Source of the DNA: Haplodiscus bocki
Lineage: Eukaryota
Reading direction: 5' to 3'
NCBI GenBank assembly: GCA_965655095.1
Contig: OZ296650.1
Location: 35,464,001-35,528,000, forward strand
Length of the DNA: 64,000 nucleotides
Of this stretch, positions 39,801 through 52,700 are shown piece after piece (the stretch's first letter is position 1; every line of letters begins with the position of its first letter). Both the position numbers and the translations under genes were made by a program. The notes under the pieces were generated by a model that searched no databases, was not told the DNA's origin, and saw nothing but the letters and a program-made list of their open reading frames with translations.

Positions 39801-42800
39801 GTGAGCAATTTTTACCGGCAACTGACCCAATAAAAAGTTAATTGGGCGGTCGGGCAAAAAACTTTTGATTCAAAAACTGAAACATAGTGAAGTACTTTTT
39901 GAGTCGAAATTTTGCGTTTGGAGAAATTTTTTGCCAGCTATGTGGGCTTTTTTGACCAGAACACAATTTGGTTGATTTCACGATGTGAAAAATTCAAAAC
40001 GTCTTTTTTGTATGCGAAATTGTGTTCAAAGTCCAATTTTTATAAATAATTTCGATTTCAAAAAGTCAGAGGCTGTAAACGGGTCCAAAACAGATTTTGC
40101 CACGTTGTAGAACGTTTAGATTCACAATCTGACTTACAGCAAAACCTATCAATTTTGGTTATAGTTATATGGTTATATCTGGTTTTAACCTTGTTTTTAA
40201 GCGCCTCTTTAATTGATCAACTTTTTGTCAAAATTCGGAACAATTGCTGCTTAGGGCAGTAGTAGTAGAAGTAGAAACAACTATCTACTTTGATAGTAGA
40301 CACTTATTGTCAGCATAAGTACAAGCAAAGTTGCGACACACTTCGTTTTTTTCATCTTCTAACTAAATTTGCTATGACGATTGACTTTTTTCACAGACTC
40401 AACACAACTCTCTGGAGCGTGAAAACTAAGTGAAAATCATTGTTTCTCAGAAAAAACTTTCCAAACTATAGATAGGTGTTCTTTGAGTCACATTCCTGAA
40501 AACGAAAAGAATTTCAACAGCAGTAGATTTTTTTGGTTCTGAGAGCGTTTTTTGAGGAAAAATGTTGTTCTGTTAGAACTAACGCTCCACAGTTTCTTAT
40601 CCAAAGCTGTGTGAAACTTGTCCATCGTTATGTTGGAATTGGTTGGAATATGCCAACGCAACTGACGTGTGTTGCAACCTCGGTTGTACACATGGACTCC
40701 TCACTGACACAGCCCAATCGGGTGAATGGTTTTCGCATATGCTCTGTCCAACAATTGTTTCGAATTTTGACAATAAAAACGTGATTCAGGGAGAAACTCA
40801 AAATTAAGGTGATAACCAGATCTTGTATCAAAACTTCAACGATTTGCTTTAACTCAGATTGTGAGTCTGACGTTCCTCCAACAAGTCAGATTCTAAGTGG
40901 GGTTCACCTACAACGTAACAGTTTTCAAGTTTAAAGTTACTTTCAAAAATCTGATTTTGAACATAATTGCACATACAAAAACGATGTTTTGATTTTTTCA
41001 CACCTTGAAAGTGTTCTTTTAGTGTTATTTCCAAAAGAGAACACGATTCAGGCAAATGCTTTCGGCAAAAGCCAATATTCGAATCAAAGTTTAAACAACT
41101 TATGAGCTATCCTCCAAAAAAATCACAACGATTTTTTTTTGAAGAAACAAACTTATCTGACTGATTTTGCGTGTTCATTTCTGCAAAAAGTCGGTTTTTG
41201 ATTATAAAATGTAGATTTCAGACGAAGCTTTGGTTTTGAAAAACCATTTTTTATTTTACTTCACTCTGTAAAAACTTCGAGTTTTACCATTTGTGTGCGC
41301 TTTCAAAACACACGACTCTGCCAGATAAATAACTTGCAACCGTCAGATTTCGATTGAAAAAAATTCAAAGTGATTGTGGTTTCTTATGACAAGTCAGATT
41401 TGAAATCAAGATTTTTGCATCATGTCAGTTTTTGTGTGAAACTTTTTTTGCAAAAACTTGGACCTTGAAGTAATTTGTTCATCCAAGAAGAGGCTTTGTA
41501 ACAACGTCAATGATTTCTGTGTTTATTATGTGAACGCACGTTGCTGATGCCGGAACGTTAAAGACAATAAATTTTGAATGGAAAAACTTCACTGTGTCAG
41601 ATTATGATTATCAATTTTTTGCTGCTGGTCGTCTTTTGAATGAGAAATCCTACAATCTGTCAGTAATGTTCACATTGCGTTAGCATATGGAGGAGAATCT
41701 GCGCATGTTGTTAGATTTTCCTATTTGAAACGCTTTCTTTGCATTTAATACTCTCAACTTCACATTAACCTTATCTTGGAACTGTTCCACTGTAAATTCC
41801 GACACAAAAAGTAACTTAACTACAAAAATGATGGTTCCTACATTATTACCTGATCATTTTTTTGCCACCAACTTTCTTTTTCTGCAAATAGTATACTTTG
41901 TCTACCCCAGGAAACTCCTCATACATGAAAAAATTTCTTCAATGAGGCCTTTGTTTTTCTGAAGTTTTGGTTGCGATAGCCCAAGTTAGTTTTTTATTTT
42001 GCTTGTAACGACAAAAGTCAGTGTTACCAAAACCATTTCAATATAGTTTTTTATCAAATAAAATCTGCTGCACCCAGAATAGCATCTCAGTAGCCATTGC
42101 AAAGCTTATCAAAACTGGCAGAAACATTAATTGTCCTGAGAACAAGTGGAAAATGCTGACAAGTGAGGAATTTTTAGATTGCCCTGCAGAAGAAATGCAA
42201 GAATTGAGAAAACCGCAAATCTTCAAATGAGGCCTTTTTTTCCAAATATTTTGCCAAAAAACAACGAATTCTTTGATTTAGTACAAGTTTTGAAAAGAAT
42301 GAACAAATGAAAGACTGTCTGTGTTCTAGGGAGAAGTTTGCCTAATTTAAAAATTTTTCAGAGTAAAATTACGATAAAAAAACGAGAAGGCTGCTATTTT
42401 TTAATTCAAGAGTTTTGTCCGAGAAATTGGCCCAAACAACGGAATTTTTGATTTAGCACAAACTTTAATAACACTGACCAATTGAAAGCCTATGTCTGCT
42501 TCGGGGACCTTTTGAAGACTAGAATGAAAATCATCTTATTCTCCTTATTCTCTTCCTCGTCGACTATTTTTGCAAAGTATAAATTCAAGTCTGGGAAAAA
42601 GAACGTGACGAAGATGACCCTGAGTGATGATTATCTAGTTTTTTTTCGAAAGTTGTTTTTCAGGATACAGAGTTAGTTGAAAAGACAATCATAACCTGTT
42701 GAAACGTATCCAATTCGATCCACGTTCCCAATCAACTTTGCACAGAATCGTTCGCTGCTGTCAATTTTTCCATTTTTCAGCTGAAAAGATTTAATTGTTT

Positions 42801-44335
42801 CCCAGTCTCGTCTGTCTTGTGCCGCTTGGTTCAAGTGGTGGAAACTCAACAGTCTGGCCTAAAACAATATACACTGTGATTAAACAGTAACTCCCCAAAA
42901 TCTAGTGGTATCTCTGTAAAATCAAAAAGGAGGTCAAATTGATCACCTGTGATTTGTAAACTGAGGATGTCAGAATCAAAATCAAAAGACCATATCTTGT
43001 GAAATCCATCAGTAACCGCCAATATACTACTGGATGCTTTAGGGATAAGTAAATTAAACTGTTCTAGTGCGTAAAGTAATTGTGAATCTTAGCAAAAAAG
43101 TACTTATAGTCACTTTTCAGCAGAAAACGAAGAGAATTCAACCGAAAAGAATTCGGGAAACTTCAAGCCACTAATTTTCATGGAAGGAAAAAACTTCGAT
43201 TCGTCATGAAGTCAACGAACAAGTTCCGGAAGAAAATTGCTACTGCTGAAGACATCCCCGAAAAAACTGTTGTAATTTCATGATAGTCGTCTACGTTTAC
43301 AGAGTGCGCTTCTCGTTTCAGTATCATGAGCTACACAAAAACTCTCAAGGTAGTCAGGGTGGCAGTGAAATACCTGACTCGAGACCGTTGCTCATCGACA
43401 TAAATCTGTAAAAGACTGAGAAAACATGTATACTTGTCCTACTGCCGGTTTCATATCATTGGTTATCGGTATGAACAATCGTTTCCGAGACAAAATAGAA
43501 AGTTACTAACTTTTACATTGACAGGTGAGGCTAAATGATTTGGAGTCGAACACAGAAAATATTTGCTACTTTTTAAACAAAAAAGGCTTTTAGTTCTTCA
43601 ATTGACTTGATCATAGCTCGGTGTGGACCTATTTAAGTTACGCAAGCCAACGATGCTGCCACTCCTAGAACTATTTATTTTTTCAAAATGCTTCTCCAAG
43701 AATTCCAAAAAAGGGTGGGAGTGTTGTGTGAACAACTCTACAACTTCAAGTTCATTGTCTTTTTGGCGTTCAATTTGTGCAAGGAACATCTACTTTCGTT
43801 TTAAATCTCGAATTTCATTCAAAATCCCCAGAGCCATTTCCTCCAAAACTTGTTTTGACTAATGACAGAGGTGGTAGATAAATTAAATCTTTTTGCACAA
43901 TTCATTTTGAAGAACCAAAAGTTTCTGTTACTTGGAGTCTTTGCAGACAATGCTTGACCAGAATAACTAACTTTTCCATCCTTCCAATTGACAACTATTT
44001 TCAATGGACAAATGCAAAACTCCATTTCAGAAAGAAGATTCAGACAACTGCCCAAATTAGTGATGGTGTTCTACCTGAGCTGTTAACAAAAATAGGACAG
44101 GTCTTTCCGCTATCTTCTCTTTAAAGTTTGAAAGGAAAACACTGAAAAACATTTAATCAACCGAATGAATTCAAACAGAAGTATCTTTAACTCTTTTCGA
44201 GTAAAGTATCTTTTTCCAATGCAAGTGGTTAGGAAACTAGGTAGCATTATGAATGACAATGAAAAATGACTTTGTGTTGATCTTTCTTGTGAGGGAACAG
44301 AGTCGGCTGAGACAGTAAACAAATCAATGGTGATG
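36835..44335. repeat. Ancient ~7.5-kb inverted duplication (palindrome) centred ~40500 with little or no spacer
   Basis: Reverse-complement matches with a near-constant coordinate sum: exact 19-mer 38694-38712 / 42302-42320; GGTAACA.TGAC 38985/42028; ATCTGGTT 40177/40821; TGGAGCGT 40413/40589. ORF pair 38733..38915(-) and 42021..42230(+) share PENKWK.LTS. Outer homology visible to ~36840/44330. Confidence 0.9.
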
Positions 44336-44449
44336 AATAAAATTTAGTTTAGAGTTGTTGATTAAGCCGCCACGCAAATGTCAGAGGGTACCCGACGTAC
44401 AATCAACATATTAATGGGTACGCTTTTTTTCCGAGCCAAAATGTTTAAA

Positions 44450-45250
44450 AACACAACTTTTGACAAATTCCAAAGATGATCTTTTTTCGCAACAAAGTGC
44501 ATTTTCGCTCAAGACAGAACAATCTAACATTTTAATCATTGTATAAGGACCTGTTATCGGCATTACCGTTTAGAAGAAAGATTTAAAGCCGTATTTGTGG
44601 ATATGTGGCTCAATTTTTCTACCTCTTGTATTTCCATTTATAGAGAATGTCAAGTATTTTGGAAAAAAAATTGTTCCGTTCTGTTTAGCAAAGACAAACC
44701 TTGTTGTTTGGAGAAATCGTGAGTGAGCTCCCAGGTAAAATTCTTTTCACCTCATCCGTTCTCTCGGAGCACTGTTGAATTATAATCTTTCAACTTCTGT
44801 CAAAAGCACTCAGGCACTGGTCACTTTTTAAAACAACTCCTTACAGCCAGCATTGTTCATTTTTCAAGTAGAAAATTTTTTGTGTCTTCCATGCAGGAAA
44901 TATTTTTGTGTTATCCATGCAATTACTGCATTCGAAGTCCTTGTGTCTTGTATTCCGTAACGCAACTCTGCTTTTTCGATCTATTAAAACTGATTTTGTA
45001 AAATTTTCAAGTCTTCTGCTGTCGGTTCTGTTAGAATTGATATTTTGAGTTTCATTCGGTATGAACAAATAGAAGTGTAAGTATTTTCATCCACTTTAGT
45101 TTCTGGACTTTCGACAGAGAATTAGACTTTCTGAACAAAATTACGATGCAGGGAATTCGTATTCACAAAAGGTTAGTCGAAGGGTCACCGGTTAATTCTT
45201 CTCACGATGATCTCGCTGCATTTTGATCAATTCTAGTGTCGGAGCAATGA
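44450..45250 (-). pseudogene. Possible second, N-terminal pPolB fragment (very decayed)
   Basis: Minus-strand pieces (FIPNE, GCKE, MEIQEVEKL, RSLYND*NVRL) loosely follow the order of the Polinton pPolB N-terminal region. Weak, by-eye only. Confidence 0.25.
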
Positions 45251-47869
45251 TGCGCAGAAGTGTCGCTGTCGATATGTTAAAAGCGATCCCCCATTTTCAA
45301 CTAAGTTACACAAAAAACTCGTCATCATTTCCATAATCCAGAACAAAACTGACTGGTGAATCAACAAAATGCAGTTAACCGCCACACTCAAATATACTGC
45401 TTTTTACGGATTCCGTTATAGATGACAGTTTTTAACGAGAAATTGTTCCCGAAATGATCGACAAGCAGAATGACGTTCACTTTTGTTATCAGTTTGTGGA
45501 TTGCTTGAACGCCTTCGTCTATTTCAAAATCAGTGGGCGCGTATGTACATCAAACAAACATCTCAACAGAAGCAGGAAGAGAGAGTTGCAAAATCTAACG
45601 AACACTTGGTAGGGTGGGATCGAAAACACAGAATATCGAGGAAACAGATCGAGGAGGAAACACCTTGTACTTTAACGAAACCAACCTCGAAAAGGCAAAA
45701 GCAAAACAAGTGCTAAAACGCAGTGCAACAATCCAGTGAAGTAGGTATGAAAACGATATGTCGAGATTAATTGATTGCCTTTCTGATGTATTCGTGGGTA
45801 ATGAAAAAATTTTGAATGCCCTGAAGTTAATGCACGTTGTAGCTCAAATTTTGCAGCCTCAAAGTTAAAACAATTAAAATTCTTCAGATATCAGTTCCGG
45901 GTTTGTAAACTTCCAATCTTTGATGTAACATAAAACTTAAAGCAGAAGGCCCCTTTTTAATACAAAATATAGTTTGTGGCTTTTATTGGACAAAATTTTC
46001 TCAAATAACAACCAAAGCAAAACCCGCGAAAAGCTTTTGCGTTTGATATGAAGTGACATGTTTTTTGATACCTTTCAGTTCTATGCCAAAAACTGTACAG
46101 TTCTCAACATCTGTCTGGAAACGAAAGTACGTGGATCTTTTTAGCCAATCTTCCTTGTTGTCCTGAATCTGCGCATAGGCCTAATAATATTACGAACCAC
46201 AGTCAGTACCAAATTCAGACACCAGTATTTTTTTTATTCTTCACGCTAAGCCTAGCCAGCAGTGTCTGAGGTTCAAAGTGGAAATTAGTTGAGGACGCTT
46301 CGTTTCAAGATTACCTAGCAAAAAGGATAACTTCGTCGTTGAAGAAATTTCGTTTATCAAACCTTGTGGTTGTAAACCTTTTTATTAGGTCCATCAAAGC
46401 AAAATTTTTACGTAATTGCACAATGCCTGGTTGCACTCATGACACATATAAAATGCCGGCCGGGTTAGGGCTTCTTTGAGAGCGAAAAAACTTCAACTTT
46501 GCAGTTGTTAGTCAGGAGTAGAAGAAAAGTCCGATCTCAAAAACCTTCCGCTAAACCAGTGCTGATATCTTGTGCCTCACCTCTATTGACAAACGGAAAA
46601 GCTATAGCCTCATGAGTTTTCCGGTTCAAAGGCTCTGTCAAACTGTACCGGTTAGAAAGTGTGTAATAGCGCATTGAAGTGTCGTGTTTTCACATTTTCT
46701 TTTTTCTTCAAATTTTGGGGAAGTTTTTTCAAGGCCTTTTGCTTTTTTTAGTAATAAGAAAAACGTATACTTCATTTATACATTTCGTTGAGAGAAATTT
46801 CCAACTTCATGACTTCCATTAGTCGGCCCGGGCCGCAACTGGAAGAGAGAACAACTAGGTTTTCGAGAAAAAGTCACTGGAGCGCAAGTATGCAGTTACA
46901 AAGGCTGACTTTCAATCGGCACCTCTTTCTTGGTGCGGGCTTGCAAACCCTCAATGTTCCAGGCCATTTTAATATGTATTTTCAAACACGCAATGTTTCT
47001 GCCCCAACAATTAAAGGTAGCGTGTTGTCTATAAAATGCAGGAACGTTAAACAAGCTGCAATTTCTGCGAGCCAGTATCTTTTGGTCAATAAAAGCCATT
47101 CCTGGTTTTTGGACCAGGATGGAGAACCCCTAAAAGGAGCATCTTAGTCTTTCGTAAAACAGGATTGTTCCACCAATTGTCGGTATTCGACATGAATTGA
47201 TGTTTTTTGGATGGTTTTTCATATGGTATCGACGGAGTGACTGCTAACTCCCTCGAAGATGCTTCATTCAATTCTTCGTAGCCGTTCTAAACCAGCGACT
47301 TTTTAGGAGAGAGTTGTTAATAGTCTTGATGAACACAGATTGATTTGTAGTGCAAAAGTATTTTGCGACACTGTTGTTTTGATATCTCAATCCACATTGT
47401 ACAATCTACACGTCATTTGAGATTATAGAGACCAAAGTTATGTGCTGAGTAGAAGCAAAGTGTTTTTTTGGGATTTCACATCCATGAAAACTGTAGACAC
47501 AAAGTTGGTCGATGACTGATCGATCAACTCCAGAGACACTATATGACCTGTAACAGCACTTTACACCCGCTTCAACAGTCTTTCGCCTTTTTTCGTTCAA
47601 CTATAGTAAGCGTTAAGTTTCTGGGCAGTTTCACTTTCTCCTAGAAAACAACTCTGAGTTCTCCTGCACGAATTACCATCACAAATTCCGTTATTTCGCC
47701 CATCCGTTATTCAAATCGTTGGATGAGGTTTTGCCCATCAGATGAGTTTTCGAAGCGAAAGTAACATACTACCGAAATGCGGACAATTTCGGCGTCCAAA
47801 TCTCCTGTTACTTCCTTTCAATGACACTTTTTTCCTCATGAGACTCTTCGCGAATCTCTTCTGGAAACT

Positions 47870-48800
47870 TCCGGTTAAAACGGCTGCTTTTAACTATTTT
47901 TTTCGAAGCGCAATGGGCCCCAAAAGTCTCAGTAACGACGCAACATGCTGAACACGCACGAGTGTCCTCTAGTTGGCGTTTTTCAAAACAATCAAACAAC
48001 ATGCACTCGTTGGTTAGGGTCCCGATTGTGCGCATCAAAAAGAGCGTTCTCTCAGCGGTGGATAGGTGTGCAGGAAAGTTGAGAATTCAAAATAACTGTG
48101 TAGATTATATGCTGAATTTTCAGCCCCTACGTCTGTAGGCAAAAAGTTTTTTCTCCAAGTGATGTCTCTGTGACTCAGCAATACGCTACCACGTGCAGAT
48201 CGGAAAATTTCACTAAAATGCTGACGCATTATATTTTCAACGTATATCGGAGTTTTTAATTTTTTTCAAGAATATTCTTTCTTGCGATTTATTGATTTAT
48301 CCAAAAGCGAGAGATACACACGACTCGTTTTTGTCAAAAAAGTCTTGACCTTTTGAATATATTTGTTAGCACCCGGGCTGGAAATTGTTTAGGGGGCAAC
48401 TTTTTCTTCGAGTGGATTGACGTATCAGAGAGCATTCATGTATATAAAGTGGATTGTACTGCTAAGGCCTGCGTTCGTATGCTACATATTTGAGGTACTA
48501 ACATTCCACTTTCGAAGTGTTTGGCTGTTTCTTTTCTTGTCAATTCGAATATTCAAAGTTGTTGCCCTATGCGTTGGTTTTGGTGCGCCGTAAAGGAATT
48601 GCGGAAACGTTCCCAAAACTTCAGTTTTTACGGTTGACATTCTCGTTTTGACCAGCTGATCCGCTTTCGTTCTTCACCCTGGTCCAGAATCCGCCAAAGA
48701 AAGTGGGCAACGGTTCATTTGGTTTCGAATGAGTTGCCAGAGCACATGCATGGACCTGTTTTCAATTTTTAGGAATACTCAAAGGCTTTCATGCAAAACA
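47870..48800 (-). pseudogene. Possible Polinton major capsid protein remnant
   Basis: Minus-strand fragments EVLGTFPQFLYGAPK..RATTLNIRIDKKRN, TISSPGANKYIQ and IGTLT..LFD...LEDT...VTETFG fall in the order expected for the C-terminal half of a Polinton double-jelly-roll capsid protein. Heavily decayed. Confidence 0.3.
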
Positions 48801-49349
48801 AGGGTTGGGTTGCTAGAGTTTTCTTTCGAGAAATTCGAACAGTCAGGTCTGTGGCAATAAGAAGACAGCAGAAGCTTGCTGAACAACTGCCCGACTGTCA
48901 TACATGAACTTGCACTGACTTGCACCTAAGCCTGAGTGTTGGCAAGTGGTACGGTTGCTTTTGGATTGCGAATCCATCGTGTAATAATAGCCGTTACTTT
49001 TCAGGTACGAACTTGTAGTAAAAAGCTTCTGAATGTAATGCTGGGAGCTGTCTTCCAGAGCATTGGGTTCGAAGTGCTAACTACATTTAAGTACAATGAT
49101 TTAGTCTGGAAAACCCACTTCCTGCAGCGATGTGACCGCAAATGGCTTTTTCTAAGACGTTGGTAGTTTCAGCTCGTCCTTTGTTCATTTAATAAATGCC
49201 TTCAGGTCCTGCATAGGCTGATCTGATTGTTATACCCAATCAAATCAGTACTTATTGCTGCATGGGCCTAATGGAGCCTCCGTTAGCCTCATCAACTTCA
49301 AGATAGCCAGCCAACGAAGTTCAAGCCCTTAGGTTACTCTTTGAAGCGC

Positions 49350-49910
49350 ACTTTACACATTACCGCAGTTTCGTGAGCCTCACAAAGTGTTACAAATCCT
49401 CCAGTCTTTCACCTTAATGTCATGTCGCAACTTCATTCATGCGAGAATCATCCAACTTCTTACCTCCACTTGCAGTAAGTTGGGTTCTAACAGCTGTTGC
49501 ATGTTTCTGAGCTCTACAGTTTTTGTTTTGTCTGTTTTCGCCAAATGTCTAAGCTTTGATTCATTCCCACGACAATGCTCTCTAGGTCTAAAAACTTTCT
49601 GTTGAACCGCAAATTTTGAAAATACACAAGTCATCATGTTTTCTCGGTAAAAGTTAACAAAACCTTAGTAGTATCCTAAAGTATTGCAGGCTTCATTTTT
49701 AATTTTTTAGTTTTCCGAGCCGTTTTTGTTGTTTTGAAGAATCCGTGGTGTAAAAACACAGCTACAATTTCACATTCCAACGGAAGTTGAATTCATTCGC
49801 AGGTTTCCAAACAAAAGTACCTGATAATTCACGGAATTATTTGTTATGACATTTTCGAGAGGATACACCAGGTGTGCGCAAAATAGAAGACTAAAGTGTC
49901 ATTAATATGG
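49350..49910 (-). pseudogene. Probable Polinton packaging ATPase (A32-like) remnant
   Basis: Decayed Walker-A-position LVYPLENVIT (~49870), Walker-B-like HDDLC (~49635), then EHCRG..KLRHL..TDKTKTVELRNMQQLL (ORF 49437..49637), resembling GRH.....KHNL...K...VELQN of Polinton ATPases. Confidence 0.45.
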
Positions 49911-50359
49911 AATCCATGTCTGTAACTAGAGTTTTTTACTTCTTAATCAATCAGCTTATCAAAAACCTTCTGCATCACGGTGCAAAGTGAAGACTCCATG
50001 CTAATTCAAAAAACCAAATTTTTTCGAAGTTAAGGATCACAATACCCAAAATTGAACATTATTTCCTTTTTTGTATTTTGAAGAACTAACAGTCAATGCT
50101 TACACAAGTACAAACGTCCCCACTTGTTTTTAGACTTCGATTTTACGTTAATAAATTGTACAACCCAAAAACTCGATCCAAATACAAATGCTTCACAAAA
50201 ACCATACATGCTACATTGTATGGATTTATTGTTTTCCGCCATATTTGAAATCTGGAAGCAAAATCTTCCTCTCAAATCGATGCGGTTTGTAGCCGATGTT
50301 TTCCAATTGCGTTCACGCGGAACGATGTAGGCCAAAAAGTTCGCGTTTCTGAACGTGAG

Positions 50360-50715
50360 TATTTTTTTAGCAAATTGTAGCAATTGTGCCGTAGAATACG
50401 ATTGAAAAGGTGAGATTTCTCAAAACGAGCCTAATTTTTTTTGGGAAAAAGTTTTTTTTAGAAAAAATCCTTGAATTTTTTCGAATTCGCCCATTTCGGC
50501 GAGTGTTTCTTAGAATGCTTATCAAATGGTAATCTTTCCTGAAAACGTGTTCCTGTCTTATCTGTAAGGTTTTTGACTGAAAATCAGAAAAATTTTAACG
50601 GTGGAAAAATTTGAGAATTTGATAAAGTATTCTGAGAAAAAAACGTTTTCTTTCAAAAAAGGCGTCTTTATCAAAGTGTAAGGGCGCAAAATATGCCGGT
50701 GGAAGCTGGACGTCT
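50360..50715 (-). repeat. Short interspersed repeat, copy 1 (~355 bp)
   Basis: Reverse complement matches 57959-58320, including an exact 20-mer CCACCGGCATATTTTGCGCC and CG.ATTCTACGGCA.A.TTGCTACAA. Confidence 0.85.
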
Positions 50716-51039
50716 CTTTTGCATTGTATCCAAGTATCCGCAGATGTTAAAATATCTACAATCGTAATAAAAAACCTCGGTCTTATTTTTTGGCAGGCGC
50801 AAGTAATAGTTTCACCCCCCCCCCCCCTCGAGTAATATTGCACGGTGCCCTGAAAGATGTCCCATGAAAAGGTTCAGTTTTTTTGAAAGGGCTGAGAGTG
50901 CTGAATATGAGTCATTAGAAACTATTCGATACCTTTTCTCAATGCAATACCTTTTAGCTTATGCTCCTGCATTACCAAACACACTGGGCACAGATTGCCC
51001 TTTTTAATGCATGGCGCGCCAAAGTCACTCAGCTTTTGC

Positions 51040-52700
51040 TGACAGTCAAACACATGCCCTAATTATATTATATTGCCGAAGTATACTTTTTTCAAGAAAT
51101 GGCTGCATGAATCATCTCAGCTTCGAGAGTTTGAAGACTATTTCAAAATATATAAGGCTTTGCGCCCTGCTGCTCCTAATCTGCTCATTATTCCACCTCT
51201 ATGATGAATTCTCCCTTAGAAAATGCATCGCTATGGAAACCTGCCGAAATCCGACTATTGTCATTCGGATACACTATTGACTGAAAAAAAGCAAAAAAAA
51301 AGACTTCGATAATGCCATGCTCACCGCTCCAACGACGTTTCAAAGTCCCCTGCTTCGTTAGTTTTTTTTGACACTTCGAGCGTTTCAGCTCCATTCGTCA
51401 TCCTACAGAAAAAATTCCTTTCATACTTTTGGAAACCGGATCAACCCTGGGATCAAAAAAGTCTGCCCTTTTGGCACACCACAAGAACAACTTGTTTCAG
51501 ACACAATAAAGACCAGCTTGCCATCAATCGTGCAGCCATATTTCGTTTTCAACCGCGCTCTTGATCTTATAGTGAATTTGAGCCAGAAACAGAAATTTTG
51601 TTGACCATTAAGTCTACGCAATACCCCGCTCAACTAGTCCTCGCGAACTGATTTTTGTTACCAAAAATAGCAGACGTCGTCGACCACAGTGTCAGGGGTC
51701 TCAAGCCGCCGAAAATTCCGAGAAGCGGAAAGAAGGGCCGTCGTTTTTGTTGAACTGTCTTCTACGTCGCCGTTAAGACCTCCGTATCAACGAACGAGAT
51801 CTTCAAGCGTTCTCCAATGGAGTCAAGGAACCCGTACTTTTCGACGTTTCTCGAACTCACACCGTCCCTTGACAACCCCTCCAGCCAGTTTCTCTTTCTG
51901 CCGTTTTCCCGAAACTTCATAAGATCGCTGGTTATTCTTCGACGAATTCCACTGTGGCCATTTTATCATTTGCCAATCAGAACCTCAGACCTTCTATGCA
52001 GCCATTCGGCAGTAAAAACAGAGTTTGTAACCATGGGCGAAGCAACTGTTGTCTTTTTGTCCGTTTCTCAGCAGCAGGCCGTCCACTTCGGTAACGCTTA
52101 TTTGCCACGCGTCACTCGCCTATCCGTTGTTTCGGATGCACAAGAACGCAATGCCAAGTTTTGCCTCTAGCACTATCACGGACTTTGCTACCACGCTTTA
52201 CCAAAAGACGTGAAAACTTACCATCGTTGACGATTCCTTGTTCTAGGTGTCCTTTGCAATCTCTGCTCATCAATCAAGATCGCAGTTTGGTCAGCCACCG
52301 ATTGCGTACCGAACGCATTCAACCTGTGGTAGCTGATCCAGCGCAATACCGCTTTTTACAACGTTCCAGTCACCCCTCTTGTTTGAAGACAACGGTGTTT
52401 AATTCCTGGGACCAAATCACTAAATGGCAGGAAATCCCAGAAGCACTGCGAATTCAAATTCCCCTGCCTAATCCCTCGCGCTTTGCACCTTGAATTATGT
52501 CCTGCAATCATAACTGACAGTTTGCTGAACACTTTCCTCCAGTTTACCTTTGGCCGTGCACATCCTGGCCTGCTGCAATCCCACAATGAAACAAACTTGA
52601 CTGAAGCTTGTCGTGAGGTACAGGAAACATTGAACACGAGAATTAGGTCCAACCAGGTGATGATTCGCGAAGCTGAGATGCGATGGAATCTGAATCAGCC
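51040..52700 (-). mobile_element. Decayed Ty3/Gypsy-like LTR retrotransposon fragment (gag-protease)
   Basis: Locally higher GC. Minus-strand gag-like NWRKVFSKLSVMIAGHN, a ruined CCHC-like R*YGGLNGDV (~51790) and a protease-site-like GKLVFIVSETSCSC (~51500), in the expected order. No LTRs identified. Confidence 0.4.

Noticed and set aside
40256-40300. AGTAGTAGTAG as a Polinton terminus
   Set aside because: Polinton ends often start with AGT repeats, but this run lies inside the left palindrome arm, has no mirrored partner and no recognisable 6-bp TSD.
45780-46260. Polinton cysteine protease or integrase remnant
   Set aside because: Only vague similarity; no catalytic motif recoverable by eye.
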